A DNA stretch of 64,000 bases from an uncultured Christensenella sp. (GTDB taxonomy: Bacteria; Bacillota; Clostridia; Christensenellales; Aristaeellaceae): positions 7,701 to 71,700 of the forward strand of contig CAYZTQ010000001.1 of NCBI GenBank assembly GCA_964481445.1, written 5' to 3'. This document shows positions 9,403 through 21,412 of this stretch, in pieces. The notes beneath the pieces were generated by a model. The model saw only the letters and a program-made list of their open reading frames with translations, had not been told where the DNA came from and did no database searches. Every line of letters begins with the position of its first letter. Position 1 is the first letter of the stretch. A program made the position numbers and the translations under genes.

Positions 9403-9619
9403 GCCGGGAACCAACTGACTGTGAGATTTCCGCGCTTATTTCCGTCAGTTGATGTTCTTGCTTTCGCGCTTTGGCGGCTGTTTTGTTGGAATTTATCGGG
9501 TATAGGGCTACTGGAAGGCCGCTTCCCGTTGGCTTGTATTCTTTCCCGTACTGGATACTTTCCCTTCGCTTCCTGCGGCACGGGAAGTGGAGCGGATTTG
9601 CGCGAAGGCAGGAATCCGG

Positions 9620-10867
9620 TTATCCTGCGTAAAAGAGTGCCGCGCGGTCTTCCTCGTCTTCTGTTTCAATGAAGGAGAAAGCGCTGTTTGACAGCACATT
9701 CCCGCGCTGGATTATCATCGGGCCGAAGCGCTTTCTGATCTGGTCGATGGCTTTTGCGAGGGAGGCCTTCTTTTCCCTCTGCGCCGCCTCGCCGAAAAGG
9801 TCCATCTGCTGCGGGGCGCAGGAGAGGGAAAGGCTCCCCACGCTGACGCCGATGGAGCGCAGCGGGAGGGCCTTTTCATAGCCGTGCTGCGTGAAAAGCT
9901 CCATGGCTGTCCGGATGATGTCGCCCGACAGGGCAGTTGCGTGGTCGATGGTTTTCTGGCAGCCCTCGATGCGCAGATCGGTATCCCGGATGGAGAGGCT
10001 GATGCATTTGCCCTCGAGACCTGCTCTGCGCAGACGGGCCGCTACAGATTCGCTCAGCTGGGTCAATACGCAGCGGACTTCGTCTGTTGTTTTCATATCC
10101 TCCGGGGTGGTGGTGCTGTTGCCGACGGATTTGACCATAGGATCCGCCGCGATGCTGGCCACCGGGCTGGTATCCTGCCCCCTGGCGTGGCGCAGATGCA
10201 TGGCGCCGGATTTGCCGAACATGGCCTGCATAAAGCCGGGCGGGGAATTGGCGATATCGCCGATGGTGAACAGGTTGCATTTGGCAAGCTGGGGCGCTGT
10301 CCTGGGGCCGATGAACAGCAGGTCGGACGCGGGAAGCGGCCAGACCAGATTTTGATAATTCTCGGGGCTGATCAGGGTGACGGCATCGGGCTTTTTCATG
10401 TCGCTGCCAAGCTTGGCGAAGACCTTGTTCCACGAAACGCCGACGGAAATGCTCAGCTGCAGCTCCTTCTTCACGCGCTCCCTGAGCCTGTTGGCGACGT
10501 CGACGCCGTCATCCAGCGTGACGCCGGAGGCCGTCAGGTCAACCCAGCACTCATCCAGCCCGAAGGATTCCACAAGCGGGCTCTGCTGAACGCACATCTC
10601 ACGGAATTTTTTGGAATAGTCGATGTAGCGTTCAAAATGGGCGGGCAGCGTGATCAGCTGCGGGCAAAGCTGCACCGCCTGCCAGATGGGCATAGCGGTT
10701 TTGACGCCAAAACGCCTGGCCTCCTGCGTGGAGGAGAGCACGATGCCGTGGCGCCGCTCCGCGTCTCCGCCGACCGCCACGGGCAGCCCGCGAAGCTCGG
10801 GATGAACGGTGAGCTCGCAGCTGGCGTAGAAGCTGTTCATATCGCAGTGGAGAATGACCCGTCCCAT
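9620..10867 (-). CDS. dinB: DNA polymerase IV (Y-family)
   Basis: 415 aa. The N-terminus reads MGRVILHCDMNSFYASCELTVHPELRGLPVAVGGD...RHGIVLSSTQEARRFGVKTAMPIW, and the SLDEC-like segment is FGLDECWVDL, both typical of DinB/Pol IV. Confidence 0.85.
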   Translation of the reverse strand: MGRVILHCDMNSFYASCELTVHPELRGLPVAVGGDAERRHGIVLSSTQEARRFGVKTAMPIWQAVQLCPQLITLPAHFERYIDYSKKFREMCVQQSPLVESFGLDECWVDLTASGVTLDDGVDVANRLRERVKKELQLSISVGVSWNKVFAKLGSDMKKPDAVTLISPENYQNLVWPLPASDLLFIGPRTAPQLAKCNLFTIGDIANSPPGFMQAMFGKSGAMHLRHARGQDTSPVASIAADPMVKSVGNSTTTPEDMKTTDEVRCVLTQLSESVAARLRRAGLEGKCISLSIRDTDLRIEGCQKTIDHATALSGDIIRTAMELFTQHGYEKALPLRSIGVSVGSLSLSCAPQQMDLFGEAAQREKKASLAKAIDQIRKRFGPMIIQRGNVLSNSAFSFIETEDEEDRAALFYAG

Positions 10868-10881
10868 GTTTGCTCCTTAAT

Positions 10882-10926
10882 GAGAACTTGTGTTCTCATT
10901 ATAGAAAAAAGGCGCTCCCTTTGCAA
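10882..10926 (-). promoter_or_regulatory. dinB promoter with an overlapping LexA (Cheo/SOS) box
   Basis: On the minus strand: TTGCAA (10921-10926), 17 nt, TATAAT (10898-10903), followed immediately by the perfect palindrome GAGAAC-ACAA-GTTCTC (10882-10897). This matches the Firmicutes GAAC-N4-GTTC consensus. Then come the RBS AAGGAG and the ATG. Confidence 0.6.
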
Positions 10927-11089
10927 GCCGCTACATATAGGGTCTTAATTGGAAAATGACCACAAAAGGCAGACATGGTAGAAATGAAACGGCATAAAAA
11001 TCAGGCGGAGGGGTTGGGGGCCATCATGCATGGAACGATTGCTTCGTCTGTTTGGGTAGAATAAAGAGGCTGTCCGCTTTGCGGTCGGC

Positions 11090-11118
11090 TTGTTAAATGC
11101 GAACAAATGTGCTACTAT
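11090..11118 (+). promoter_or_regulatory. uvrA promoter with an imperfect LexA-like box in the spacer
   Basis: TTGTTA (11090-11095), 17 nt, TACTAT (11113-11118). The spacer contains CGAACAAATGTGCT (11100-11113), to be compared with the consensus CGAACnnnnGTTCG; there are two mismatches in the right arm. Confidence 0.4.
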
Positions 11119-11144
11119 TTGCTGGGCATCGCCCGGAGGAAGTT

Positions 11145-13970
<2,826 letters not shown>

Positions 13971-14017
13971 TATTGTTTTTTGTATAATGGCAGGGCTTGT
14001 GAAAAGGAGGCCCTGCC

Positions 14018-15253
14018 ATGTTTCTATGCCCGAGACCTGTGTTGAAAAAACTGTTGATGAGCGTCCTGGCGCTGCTCTTGCTGCTGCCCGGCGGCGCGGA
14101 GGCGAGGGGGGAAGGGCGGGATATTACCGCCCAGTGCGTAATCAGCACCTCCGGCCTTCGCAGGGAGTGGAAGAAGGCGCTGGACAGAAGGTACAAGACC
14201 TTCTTTGCCAGATATAACAACCGGGAGATGGAGGTGCAGGTCCGCCTGCCGAAGGGCACGCGGGAGGGCGGCCTCTATCTTTGCTTTTATGTTGAGCCGG
14301 AGGAGCTGCGCGTTTACGGGGATGGGGAAGAAGAACCTTTCTTTACGCAAAGCGGGCCGGGCTACGCGCACCGCTACATCCCCTTTGAGGGCAGAAAGAG
14401 CCTGCGGCTGGTGCTGCGCGGGGCCAAAAAGACCGGCTTTGCGCTGAGCGAGTTCTTCGTCACCTCGGGCAGCACGCCGCCCGATTTTGTGCAGCGCTGG
14501 GAGCCGCCGCTTGAGAGGGCGGATATGCTGGTGCTGGTGGCCCACCCGGATGACGAGCTGCTCTGGATGGGCGGCGCGCTGCCCTATTACGCGGTAGAAC
14601 GGGGGATGGATGTGGCCGTCGCCTACATGACCTGCGCCAACCCGATGCGCCGCAGCGAGATGCTCAACGGCCTGTGGACGGCGGGCATCCGGCATTATCC
14701 CTACATCGGCAGCTTTCGGGATAAACGCAAACAGGGGATAGCAAAAAGCATCCAGCTCTGGGGCGGCATGGAAAAGGTGGAAGCGTACATTGTCGCTTTG
14801 TACCGCCGGCTGAAGCCTCAGGTGGTGCTGAGCCATGATCTGAACGGAGAATACGGCCACCCTGCGCATGTGATTACGGCCCGCGGCGCGGCCGCGGCGC
14901 TGGAACTGGCGGCGGACCCAAAGGCTTTCATAGAAAGCGCGGAGGCCTTCGGCACCTGGAATGTGCCCAAGCTGTACCTGCACCTGTATCAGGAGAATGC
15001 CTTGGAGATGGATTGGGGAAAGCCCTTTGCTTCGCTCGGCGGCGTCAGCCCCATCGAAAAGACGAGCGAGGCCTTTTCGATGCACCGCTCGCAGCGCGCC
15101 AGGTTCAGTGTGGAAACGGGCGGCCCCTACAGCTCCGCCCGCTTCGGGCTGCTGCGCTCGCTGGTGGGGGATGATCAGGATAAAAACGATTTTTTTGAAA
15201 ATATTTCGATTAAACATGGTGTTTTGTCAGACGCTGGAGAAAAGAAACCTTGA
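14018..15253 (+). CDS. Secreted PIG-L/LmbE family deacetylase with an N-terminal extra domain
   Basis: 411 aa with RBS AAGGAGG and a signal-like N-terminus. It carries the PIG-L signature MLVLVAHPDDELLWMGGALPYY and, further on, HDLNGEYGHPAH. Confidence 0.7.
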   Translation: MFLCPRPVLKKLLMSVLALLLLLPGGAEARGEGRDITAQCVISTSGLRREWKKALDRRYKTFFARYNNREMEVQVRLPKGTREGGLYLCFYVEPEELRVYGDGEEEPFFTQSGPGYAHRYIPFEGRKSLRLVLRGAKKTGFALSEFFVTSGSTPPDFVQRWEPPLERADMLVLVAHPDDELLWMGGALPYYAVERGMDVAVAYMTCANPMRRSEMLNGLWTAGIRHYPYIGSFRDKRKQGIAKSIQLWGGMEKVEAYIVALYRRLKPQVVLSHDLNGEYGHPAHVITARGAAAALELAADPKAFIESAEAFGTWNVPKLYLHLYQENALEMDWGKPFASLGGVSPIEKTSEAFSMHRSQRARFSVETGGPYSSARFGLLRSLVGDDQDKNDFFENISIKHGVLSDAGEKKP

Positions 15254-15267
15254 AAAAGAGAATAACC

Positions 15268-16200
15268 ATGAAGCTGCTTTTGTTCATTCCTGCCATCCTG
15301 TGCCTGCTGCTGCTTGCCGTTTATCTGAACCATCAGGTTCAGCTGAAACGGGAGGAGAAGCTGCGCTTGCCTTTGGGACAGCTGGTTGAGGTGGATGGGC
15401 GCAGGATGAGCGTCTATTCGGAAGGATCGGGAGACGTTACACTGGTGTTTCTGTCGGGCGGGGGCACCTGCTCGCCGATCTTGGACTTCAGGTCTTTATT
15501 CACTTTGCTGACAGAGGAATACCGCATTGCCGTTGTTGAAAAATTCGGCTACGGGTTCAGCGAGGTGGTGGATAAGGAGAGGGATATCGATTCGGTGCTC
15601 GCGGATACGCGCGCGGCGCTGCATGCAGCCGGTATCCGGCCGCCCTACATATTGTGCCCGCACTCCATGTCCGGGCTGGAGGCGCTGTACTGGGCGCAGC
15701 AGTACCCCGGGGAAGTGCGGGCGATTGTGGGGCTTGATATGGCAGTGCCCGCCTATTACGAGCAAATGAAGATCAGCCTGCCCTTCCTCAGGGCAGTGAG
15801 CCTGGCGGCGAAAATCGGTCTGACGCGCCTTATTCCCGGCGGTGCGGATGGCGAAGCTGTCCGGCACGGCACCCTGTCTGCCAGTGAAAAGGAGATATAC
15901 AGAGCCGTTTTTCACAGCCGAACCGCGACCGTCTCCATGATCAACGAGGTAAAAGCAGTCAGAGAGAACGCGCGAAAGGTTGGGGCAGGGGCCGTTCCGC
16001 AGGTGCCCATGCTGCTGTTTGTGTCCAACGGCTCAGGAGGAACCGGCTTTGAGGAAGACGCGTGGCGAAAAATACCGGCGGACTACATCAAAAACGCGCG
16101 GGACGCGGAACTGATTCCGCTCAATTGCCCACACTATGTGCATGATTACGAATATAAAATTATCAGTGAGCGGATCAAAGCCTTTCTTTCCCGCCCATGA
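15268..16200 (+). CDS. Alpha/beta hydrolase fold protein, membrane-anchored or secreted
   Basis: In ORF 15250..16200 the ATG at 15268 gives MKLLLFIPAILCLLLLAVYL; the TTG at 15250 is an alternative start. It has an HG-type oxyanion region (VTLVFLSGGG) and a nucleophile elbow-like segment CPHSMSGLEA (G/S-x-S-x-G type). Confidence 0.65.
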   Translation: MKLLLFIPAILCLLLLAVYLNHQVQLKREEKLRLPLGQLVEVDGRRMSVYSEGSGDVTLVFLSGGGTCSPILDFRSLFTLLTEEYRIAVVEKFGYGFSEVVDKERDIDSVLADTRAALHAAGIRPPYILCPHSMSGLEALYWAQQYPGEVRAIVGLDMAVPAYYEQMKISLPFLRAVSLAAKIGLTRLIPGGADGEAVRHGTLSASEKEIYRAVFHSRTATVSMINEVKAVRENARKVGAGAVPQVPMLLFVSNGSGGTGFEEDAWRKIPADYIKNARDAELIPLNCPHYVHDYEYKIISERIKAFLSRP

Positions 16201-16241
16201 CAGATGTTCCGCTGCCGATAAGAGGACTTGTTTTCCAAAGA

Positions 16242-16273
16242 CAATGCCCGTGTTCATGTGAGCACGGGCATTG
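16242..16273. terminator. Bidirectional stem-loop between convergent genes
   Basis: CAATGCCCGTG (16242-16252) pairs with CACGGGCATTG (16263-16273), a perfect 11-bp stem. It sits between the hydrolase stop and the mfd stop. Confidence 0.5.
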
Positions 16274-16275
16274 CC

Positions 16276-19200
16276 CTATACCGCCGGGCTTTCCGCTTTC
16301 GCCTTCTCTTCTTCCAGGGCCTTCAGCCGGTCGATGTTCTCCATCAGCTTTTTCATCAGCTTCAGGCCCTCGCGCAGGGCAGTTTCATCATTTGCATTCT
16401 TGAGCAGCATCAGCAGCGCGGGTCGTTTGCCGCTCTGCAGCGTCAGCTGGCTGCCGGTCATCAGCATGCCCTTGTAAATCAGCTCCGGGTCTTCCGAATA
16501 GTCCTGGCTCAGGCGCAGCCTGAGCGCGCCCTGAGAAAAGGTGACAAGGTCTGCGCCCAGCCTTCCCGCCAGCGCGCGCAGATGGGCCACGTCCATCAGG
16601 TTGAGCACAGGCTGTTCGGGCTCGCCGAAGCGGTCGATCAGCTCGTCCACAAGGTCGCTCTTATCCTGATCGCCCGTGATGAGCGAGATGCGCTTGTAAA
16701 TCTCCATGCGCTGGGCTTCGCCGGGCACATACTCCTCAGGCAGGTAGGCGTTGATGTGCAGCTCCACCCTTGTATCCAGCTCGCTTTCGCGCCTGCCGCT
16801 GAAATCGCCCTTGGCTTCGCGCACGGCCTCTTCGATCATCTTGCAGTACAGGTCGTAGCCTACGGCGCTGACCTGACCCGACTGCTCCGGCCCCAGCATG
16901 TTGCCCGCGCCGCGGATGCTCAGGTCGCGCAGCGCGATGCGGAAGCCGCTGCCGAACTCGGTAAATTCCTTAATGGCGGCAAGGCGTTTTTCGGCCGTTT
17001 CGCTCAGCAGTCTGTCAGGCCGCACCGTAAAATAGGCGTAGGCCGAGCGGGTGCTTCTGCCTACGCGCCCGCGCAGCTGGTACAGCTGCGACAGGCCGAA
17101 ATGGTCGGCATCGTGGATGATGATGGTGTTGGCGCGCGGGATGTCGATGCCGTTTTCGATGATGGTCGTGCACAGCAGCACGTCATAGCTGCCGCTTACA
17201 AAGTCCATCATCACGTCTTCCAGCGCGTTTTCCTTCATCTGGCCGTGGGCGACCGCTATCTTGACCTCGGGCACCAGGCGGCGCAGCGAGGCGGCGAAGC
17301 GCTCGATATCGGCAACGCGGTTGTACAGGTAATAGACCTGCCCCTCGCGGTTCTTTTCGCGCATGATGGCGTCGCGCACCAGCGTTTCCGAATAATCCAC
17401 CACATAGGTCTGCACGGGGTAGCGCTCTTCCGGCGGGCTTTCCAGCAGGCTCAGGTCGCGCACGCCCACCATACTCATGTGCAGCGTGCGGGGGATGGGG
17501 GTGGCGGACAGGGTCAGCACGTCGACCTTGCGCTTGTAGTTTTTGATGCCTTCCTTGTGGGCGACGCCGAAGCGCTGCTCCTCATCCACGATGAGCAGGC
17601 CAAGGTTTTTGATGTTCACATCCCTGCTGAGCAGCCGGTGCGTGCCGATCAGGATATCCAGCTCGCCCCGCGCGGCCCGGGTCAGCACCTCCTTATTGGC
17701 CTTAGGGCTGCGGAAACGGCTGACATAATCCACCGTCACGGGGAAGCCCTCAAAGCGCTTTTTGATGGTCTGCCAGTGCTGCTGCACCAAGATGGTGGTG
17801 GGGGCCAGCAGGGCCACCTGCTTGGAGTTCATCACCGCGCGGAAGGCGGCGCGCACCGCCACCTCGGTCTTGCCGTAGCCCACGTCGCCGCAAAGAAGCC
17901 TGTCCATATTGGCGGGGCGGGCCATGTCGTCCAGTATCTCCTGCACGGCGCGCTGCTGATCCGGGGTCAGCTCATACTCAAAGCGCTCGCCGAACTCGTT
18001 TTCAAAGGCCGCGTGCTCCTCAAAGGCGAAGCCGGGCACGGACTGACGCTCGGCATACAGCTTGACCAGGTCGAAGGCAAGCTTCTGCAGGCCGCTTTTC
18101 ACCTTTTTGCGCTGCTTGTCCCATTCGCCGCTGCCCAGGTCGTTGAGCCTGGGCGCGTTTTCCTCGGCGCCGATGTATTTCTGCACCCGCTCAAACTGAT
18201 CGAGCGGCACGTACAACTTGTCGTTGCCGCGGTAGTTGATAAGCAGGTAATCGCGCCACGCGCCCTCGCTCTGCAGGCGCACGGTGCCCTGATAGATGCC
18301 GATGCCGTGGTGCTCGTGCACCACATAGTCGCCAACGGACAGGTCGGTAAAGGCCTCGATCTTCTGCCCGGAGCCGGTTCGGGCCTTCGCCTTCTTCTGC
18401 CCGCTGCCCAGCACATCCGTATCGGTCAGCAGGACAAGGCGGCCCTCCTCCATGATGAAGCCGCGCGAATAGGGCAGCACGTACAGCGCCGCCTCGCCGG
18501 GCCTGAAAACGGGCGCGCTTTCCTTTGAAATTTCAAGCGCGCAGCCAAACTCGCGCAGGGCGCGCTGCATGCGCTCGGCCCGCGCCTCGCCGCTGCACAG
18601 CACCGCTGCGGCATAGCCGTCCGCCATCCATTGCCTGACAGCGAGCGCCAGCTCGGAGAAACGCCCCTGAAAACGGCTGAGCCCTTGCCCCCGCATCGAA
18701 AGCGTGAGGGCGGGCTCCAGCCCCGCCATGCCGCGCAGCAGCTCCTGCATGGTGACGAGGGGCTGCTGTTTCAGACGCTCCCGCACTTCTTCCGGGTCAT
18801 ACAGCAGGTTCTGCTGGGCGCTCAGGGCCTCGCCCCGCTCGAGGGCCAGGTTCAGATCCTGCGCAAAGCCGCTCTTTCGCTCCTCAAGGCGGCTGAGGGA
18901 GCGGTCGGGCGTATCCACGACAATCAGGGGGTCGTCCATAAGGTCGCAGAGCTGGCGTGTTGCGGGGTAGAGGATGTTGGCCATCAGGTGCATGCTTGGG
19001 AAGCTGCCGCCCTCCAGCAGCCTTTCGATATCGCGCTCAAGCGCTGCCGCGGCGGGCAGGGCGGAAGCATCCTCCGCCTGTGGGGTGTACAGCTGCCGCA
19101 GCTTCAGGGAGCCGCTTTCTTCCTTCAGCGCGGCGCGCAGGCGCTCCGCCGCTTCCCCGCGGTATTTTTTCGGCACAAAGTATTCAAGCGCGGGGCCGAA

Positions 19201-19860
19201 GACGGCCTGCTCCAGCCTGCCCGAGCTGCGCTGGGTCAGGATGTCGAAAGGGCGGATGGAATCGATCACCGTGTCGAAAAACTCGATGCGCACGGGCTGG
19301 TCGCTCTGCGGAGCAAAAACGTTCAGGATATCGCCGATCAGGGCGCACTGGCCCTTGCCTTCCACCATCGGCACCCGCTCGTAGCCCATGTCGGTCAGCC
19401 GGGCGATGAGATCAAGCGGCTCTGTCTCGTCGCCTTCGCGGATGTGTATCTCATCCCCCTGCGCGTAGCTTTCCGGCATCAGGCGCGTCAGCAGCGCCTC
19501 CGCGGGCGCCGCCAGCAGGCGCAGCTCGCCGCTTTTCAGCCGGCCCAGCACGGTCAGCCTCTGCCAATCCGCTTCCCGGCCCGACACGCCGCGCACAAAC
19601 TGCAGATCCGGCGCCTGCAGCGAGGCGGCCGCGCCCTCCAGAAACTTCGCCGCGTCCTGCGCCGCGCGGGCGGCCAGCGCTTCGGAGGAAGCTACGTACA
19701 AAACCTGTCTGCCCGTCTGCCGCGCGAGCGCCGCAGCCAAAAAGGCCCGCTGCGACTCGGTCACTTCATAGAGGGCAGCGGTCTTTCTTGCTTCGCAGGC
19801 GGCCAGCACCTGCCGCCAGCTTTCATTTTTCCTTAACAGATCAAAGGCCGTTTGCTGCAT
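16276..19860 (-). CDS. mfd: Transcription-repair coupling factor
   Basis: 1194 aa. It has a UvrB-homology N-terminal region, the CarD-like segment GDYVVHEHHGIGIYQG, and superfamily-2 helicase motifs (LLCGDVGYGKTEVA, DEEQRFG). The start overlaps the pth 3' end by 20 nt. Confidence 0.95.
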   Translation of the reverse strand: MQQTAFDLLRKNESWRQVLAACEARKTAALYEVTESQRAFLAAALARQTGRQVLYVASSEALAARAAQDAAKFLEGAAASLQAPDLQFVRGVSGREADWQRLTVLGRLKSGELRLLAAPAEALLTRLMPESYAQGDEIHIREGDETEPLDLIARLTDMGYERVPMVEGKGQCALIGDILNVFAPQSDQPVRIEFFDTVIDSIRPFDILTQRSSGRLEQAVFGPALEYFVPKKYRGEAAERLRAALKEESGSLKLRQLYTPQAEDASALPAAAALERDIERLLEGGSFPSMHLMANILYPATRQLCDLMDDPLIVVDTPDRSLSRLEERKSGFAQDLNLALERGEALSAQQNLLYDPEEVRERLKQQPLVTMQELLRGMAGLEPALTLSMRGQGLSRFQGRFSELALAVRQWMADGYAAAVLCSGEARAERMQRALREFGCALEISKESAPVFRPGEAALYVLPYSRGFIMEEGRLVLLTDTDVLGSGQKKAKARTGSGQKIEAFTDLSVGDYVVHEHHGIGIYQGTVRLQSEGAWRDYLLINYRGNDKLYVPLDQFERVQKYIGAEENAPRLNDLGSGEWDKQRKKVKSGLQKLAFDLVKLYAERQSVPGFAFEEHAAFENEFGERFEYELTPDQQRAVQEILDDMARPANMDRLLCGDVGYGKTEVAVRAAFRAVMNSKQVALLAPTTILVQQHWQTIKKRFEGFPVTVDYVSRFRSPKANKEVLTRAARGELDILIGTHRLLSRDVNIKNLGLLIVDEEQRFGVAHKEGIKNYKRKVDVLTLSATPIPRTLHMSMVGVRDLSLLESPPEERYPVQTYVVDYSETLVRDAIMREKNREGQVYYLYNRVADIERFAASLRRLVPEVKIAVAHGQMKENALEDVMMDFVSGSYDVLLCTTIIENGIDIPRANTIIIHDADHFGLSQLYQLRGRVGRSTRSAYAYFTVRPDRLLSETAEKRLAAIKEFTEFGSGFRIALRDLSIRGAGNMLGPEQSGQVSAVGYDLYCKMIEEAVREAKGDFSGRRESELDTRVELHINAYLPEEYVPGEAQRMEIYKRISLITGDQDKSDLVDELIDRFGEPEQPVLNLMDVAHLRALAGRLGADLVTFSQGALRLRLSQDYSEDPELIYKGMLMTGSQLTLQSGKRPALLMLLKNANDETALREGLKLMKKLMENIDRLKALEEEKAKAESPAV

Positions 19861-20422
19861 GTTCTCTCTTGTTATAACGGTTCATGGCAAGGTCGATGCC
19901 GCTTTTCACAAAGCAGTCCGCCGCGTCCGCGGCAAGGGCAAAGGCCTCGTCCATCACTTGCTGCTGATCGCCGAAGCCGGACAGCACCCAATCCTTCAGA
20001 TCCCACTGAGGGGGCGGCGCCCCCACGCCGATGCGGATACGGGGAAAGCGGTCGCTGCCCGTGACGGCAAGGATGTTGCGCCAGCCGTTGTGCGTGCCGG
20101 CTCCCCCATGCGGGCGGATGCGCACCGTACCGGGCTTCAGATCGATGTCGTCTGAGAGGATCAGCGCCTGCTCCGGCTCGATCTTGTACCAGCGCAGCAC
20201 CTCGGCTACGCTTTCGCCGCTCAGGTTCATATAGGTCTGCGGCTTGATGAGGGCCACGCGGGTCCCGTTGACGAGCCCCTCGCCGATGAGCGCCCGGCAG
20301 CGTGTTCTGTTGACGGCGATGCCGTATTTCCGGGCTAAAATATCAAGAACCTTCCAGCCCACGTTGTGGCGGGAGTTTTCGTAGGCCGCGCCCGGGTTGC
20401 CCAGGCCGATGATTGCGAGCAT
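19841..20422 (-). CDS. pth: Peptidyl-tRNA hydrolase
   Basis: 193 aa. MLAIIGLGNPGAAYENSRHNVGWKVLD...KPQTYMNLSGESV...HGGAGTHNGWRNI are classic Pth motifs. Confidence 0.9.
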   Translation of the reverse strand: MLAIIGLGNPGAAYENSRHNVGWKVLDILARKYGIAVNRTRCRALIGEGLVNGTRVALIKPQTYMNLSGESVAEVLRWYKIEPEQALILSDDIDLKPGTVRIRPHGGAGTHNGWRNILAVTGSDRFPRIRIGVGAPPPQWDLKDWVLSGFGDQQQVMDEAFALAADAADCFVKSGIDLAMNRYNKREHAANGL

Positions 20423-20437
20423 GCTGTCTCCTTCAGG

Positions 20438-21253
20438 TCAGGATAAAATCCAGTCTGCCATGGTGATGGAAAGCGGCTTCTCTTCGCTGCCGCCCGAAAA
20501 CAGCAGCAGGGATTTTTCCTTCTCAATGGGCCGGCGCGGCGGCGTATCCTGCGAGAGGACGAAGCTGAGGCCGATCACCTCGACGCTGAACTCGTCCATC
20601 AGCGAAATCAGCCCCCTGGCCGTGCCGCCGCCGCGGATCAGGTCGTCCACAATCAGCGCGCGCTGGCCGGTTTTGACAGCGCGGCGGGAGAGCGACATGG
20701 TCTCAATCCGGCCGCTGCCGCTGGGGTAGTTGATGTTGACGGCGCTGCCCTCATACACCTTGCTCTGACGTCTTGCGATGACGAGAGGCACATTCATGTA
20801 GTCCGCCGTCATCATGGCGACGGGGATGCCCTTGGTTTCCATGGTGAGGATGAAGTCCGGCTTCTCCTCATACCAGGCGCAGGCGATGATCTGGCTGAGC
20901 CCGCGCACGGTGGCCGGGTCGCTCAGCACATCCGACAGGTAGAGGTAGCCGCCGGGCAGAAGCCGCTCCGGCGCCATCAGCTCCTTGATCAGGCCGGATA
21001 AAAATCGCCTTGCGCTCTCCTGCTGCGCGCAGGGGCGGAAGCGCACGCCGCCGGCCGCGCCCGCGACTGTCTGCAGCTGACCGAGGCCGTTGTGCCGCAG
21101 CGAGGCGTCGATGATGGCCATGTCCTCGCTGAGCGTGGATTTGGCCGATCCGAAGCGTTCGCTGAAGGCGGAGAAGGAAATGACCTCGTTGGGTCTTGAG
21201 CCCAGTATTCTGGTCAGGGCAGCGATGCGCTCGGTACGCTTGATCTTATCCAT
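20438..21253 (-). CDS. purR: Pur operon repressor (PRT-fold)
   Basis: This is the C-terminal 272 aa of track ORF 20438..21844, starting at MDKIKRTERIAALTRILGSRPNEVISFSAFSERFGSAKSTLSEDMAIID with RBS AGGGAGGAAG. The PRPP-binding loop is ALIVDDLIRGGGTA. The upstream 196 aa of the track ORF are antisense to the NUDIX gene and are not credible. Confidence 0.85.
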   Translation of the reverse strand: MDKIKRTERIAALTRILGSRPNEVISFSAFSERFGSAKSTLSEDMAIIDASLRHNGLGQLQTVAGAAGGVRFRPCAQQESARRFLSGLIKELMAPERLLPGGYLYLSDVLSDPATVRGLSQIIACAWYEEKPDFILTMETKGIPVAMMTADYMNVPLVIARRQSKVYEGSAVNINYPSGSGRIETMSLSRRAVKTGQRALIVDDLIRGGGTARGLISLMDEFSVEVIGLSFVLSQDTPPRRPIEKEKSLLLFSGGSEEKPLSITMADWILS

Positions 21254-21326
21254 GAATGCTTCCTCCCTTGCAATTCGGCACGGCATTATAGCATAGAATA
21301 TCGAATGATGCCATTCATTATATAAA

Positions 21327-21336
21327 CGAACGTTCG
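21327..21336. promoter_or_regulatory. PurBox-like palindrome CGAACGTTCG upstream of purR
   Basis: The context is ATAAACGAACGTTCGGCTTT, about 75-85 nt upstream of the purR ATG. B. subtilis PurBoxes contain an A-rich/CGAAC core (from memory). Confidence 0.3.
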
Positions 21337-21412
21337 GCTTTGAAACATCCATTTCATCTTTCTGCTTGAGATTCATGCCGACTGTGTATATGATGGGGCG
21401 TGAAAGCGAGGG

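Noticed and set aside
9243-9581. 112-aa minus-strand ORF, plus ORF 9077..9280
   Set aside because: Both overlap the tRNA-Arg gene or its promoter and terminator. They have no RBS and a poor coding character.
9281-9620. Possible integrated mobile element at tRNA-Arg
   Set aside because: There is no integrase or recombinase, no duplicated tRNA 3' end, and the flanking genes are ordinary chromosomal genes.
16228-19836. 766-aa and 401-aa + strand ORFs (16228..18528 and 18631..19836)
   Set aside because: Both are antisense to mfd, which has unambiguous helicase and CarD motifs. They are shadow ORFs.
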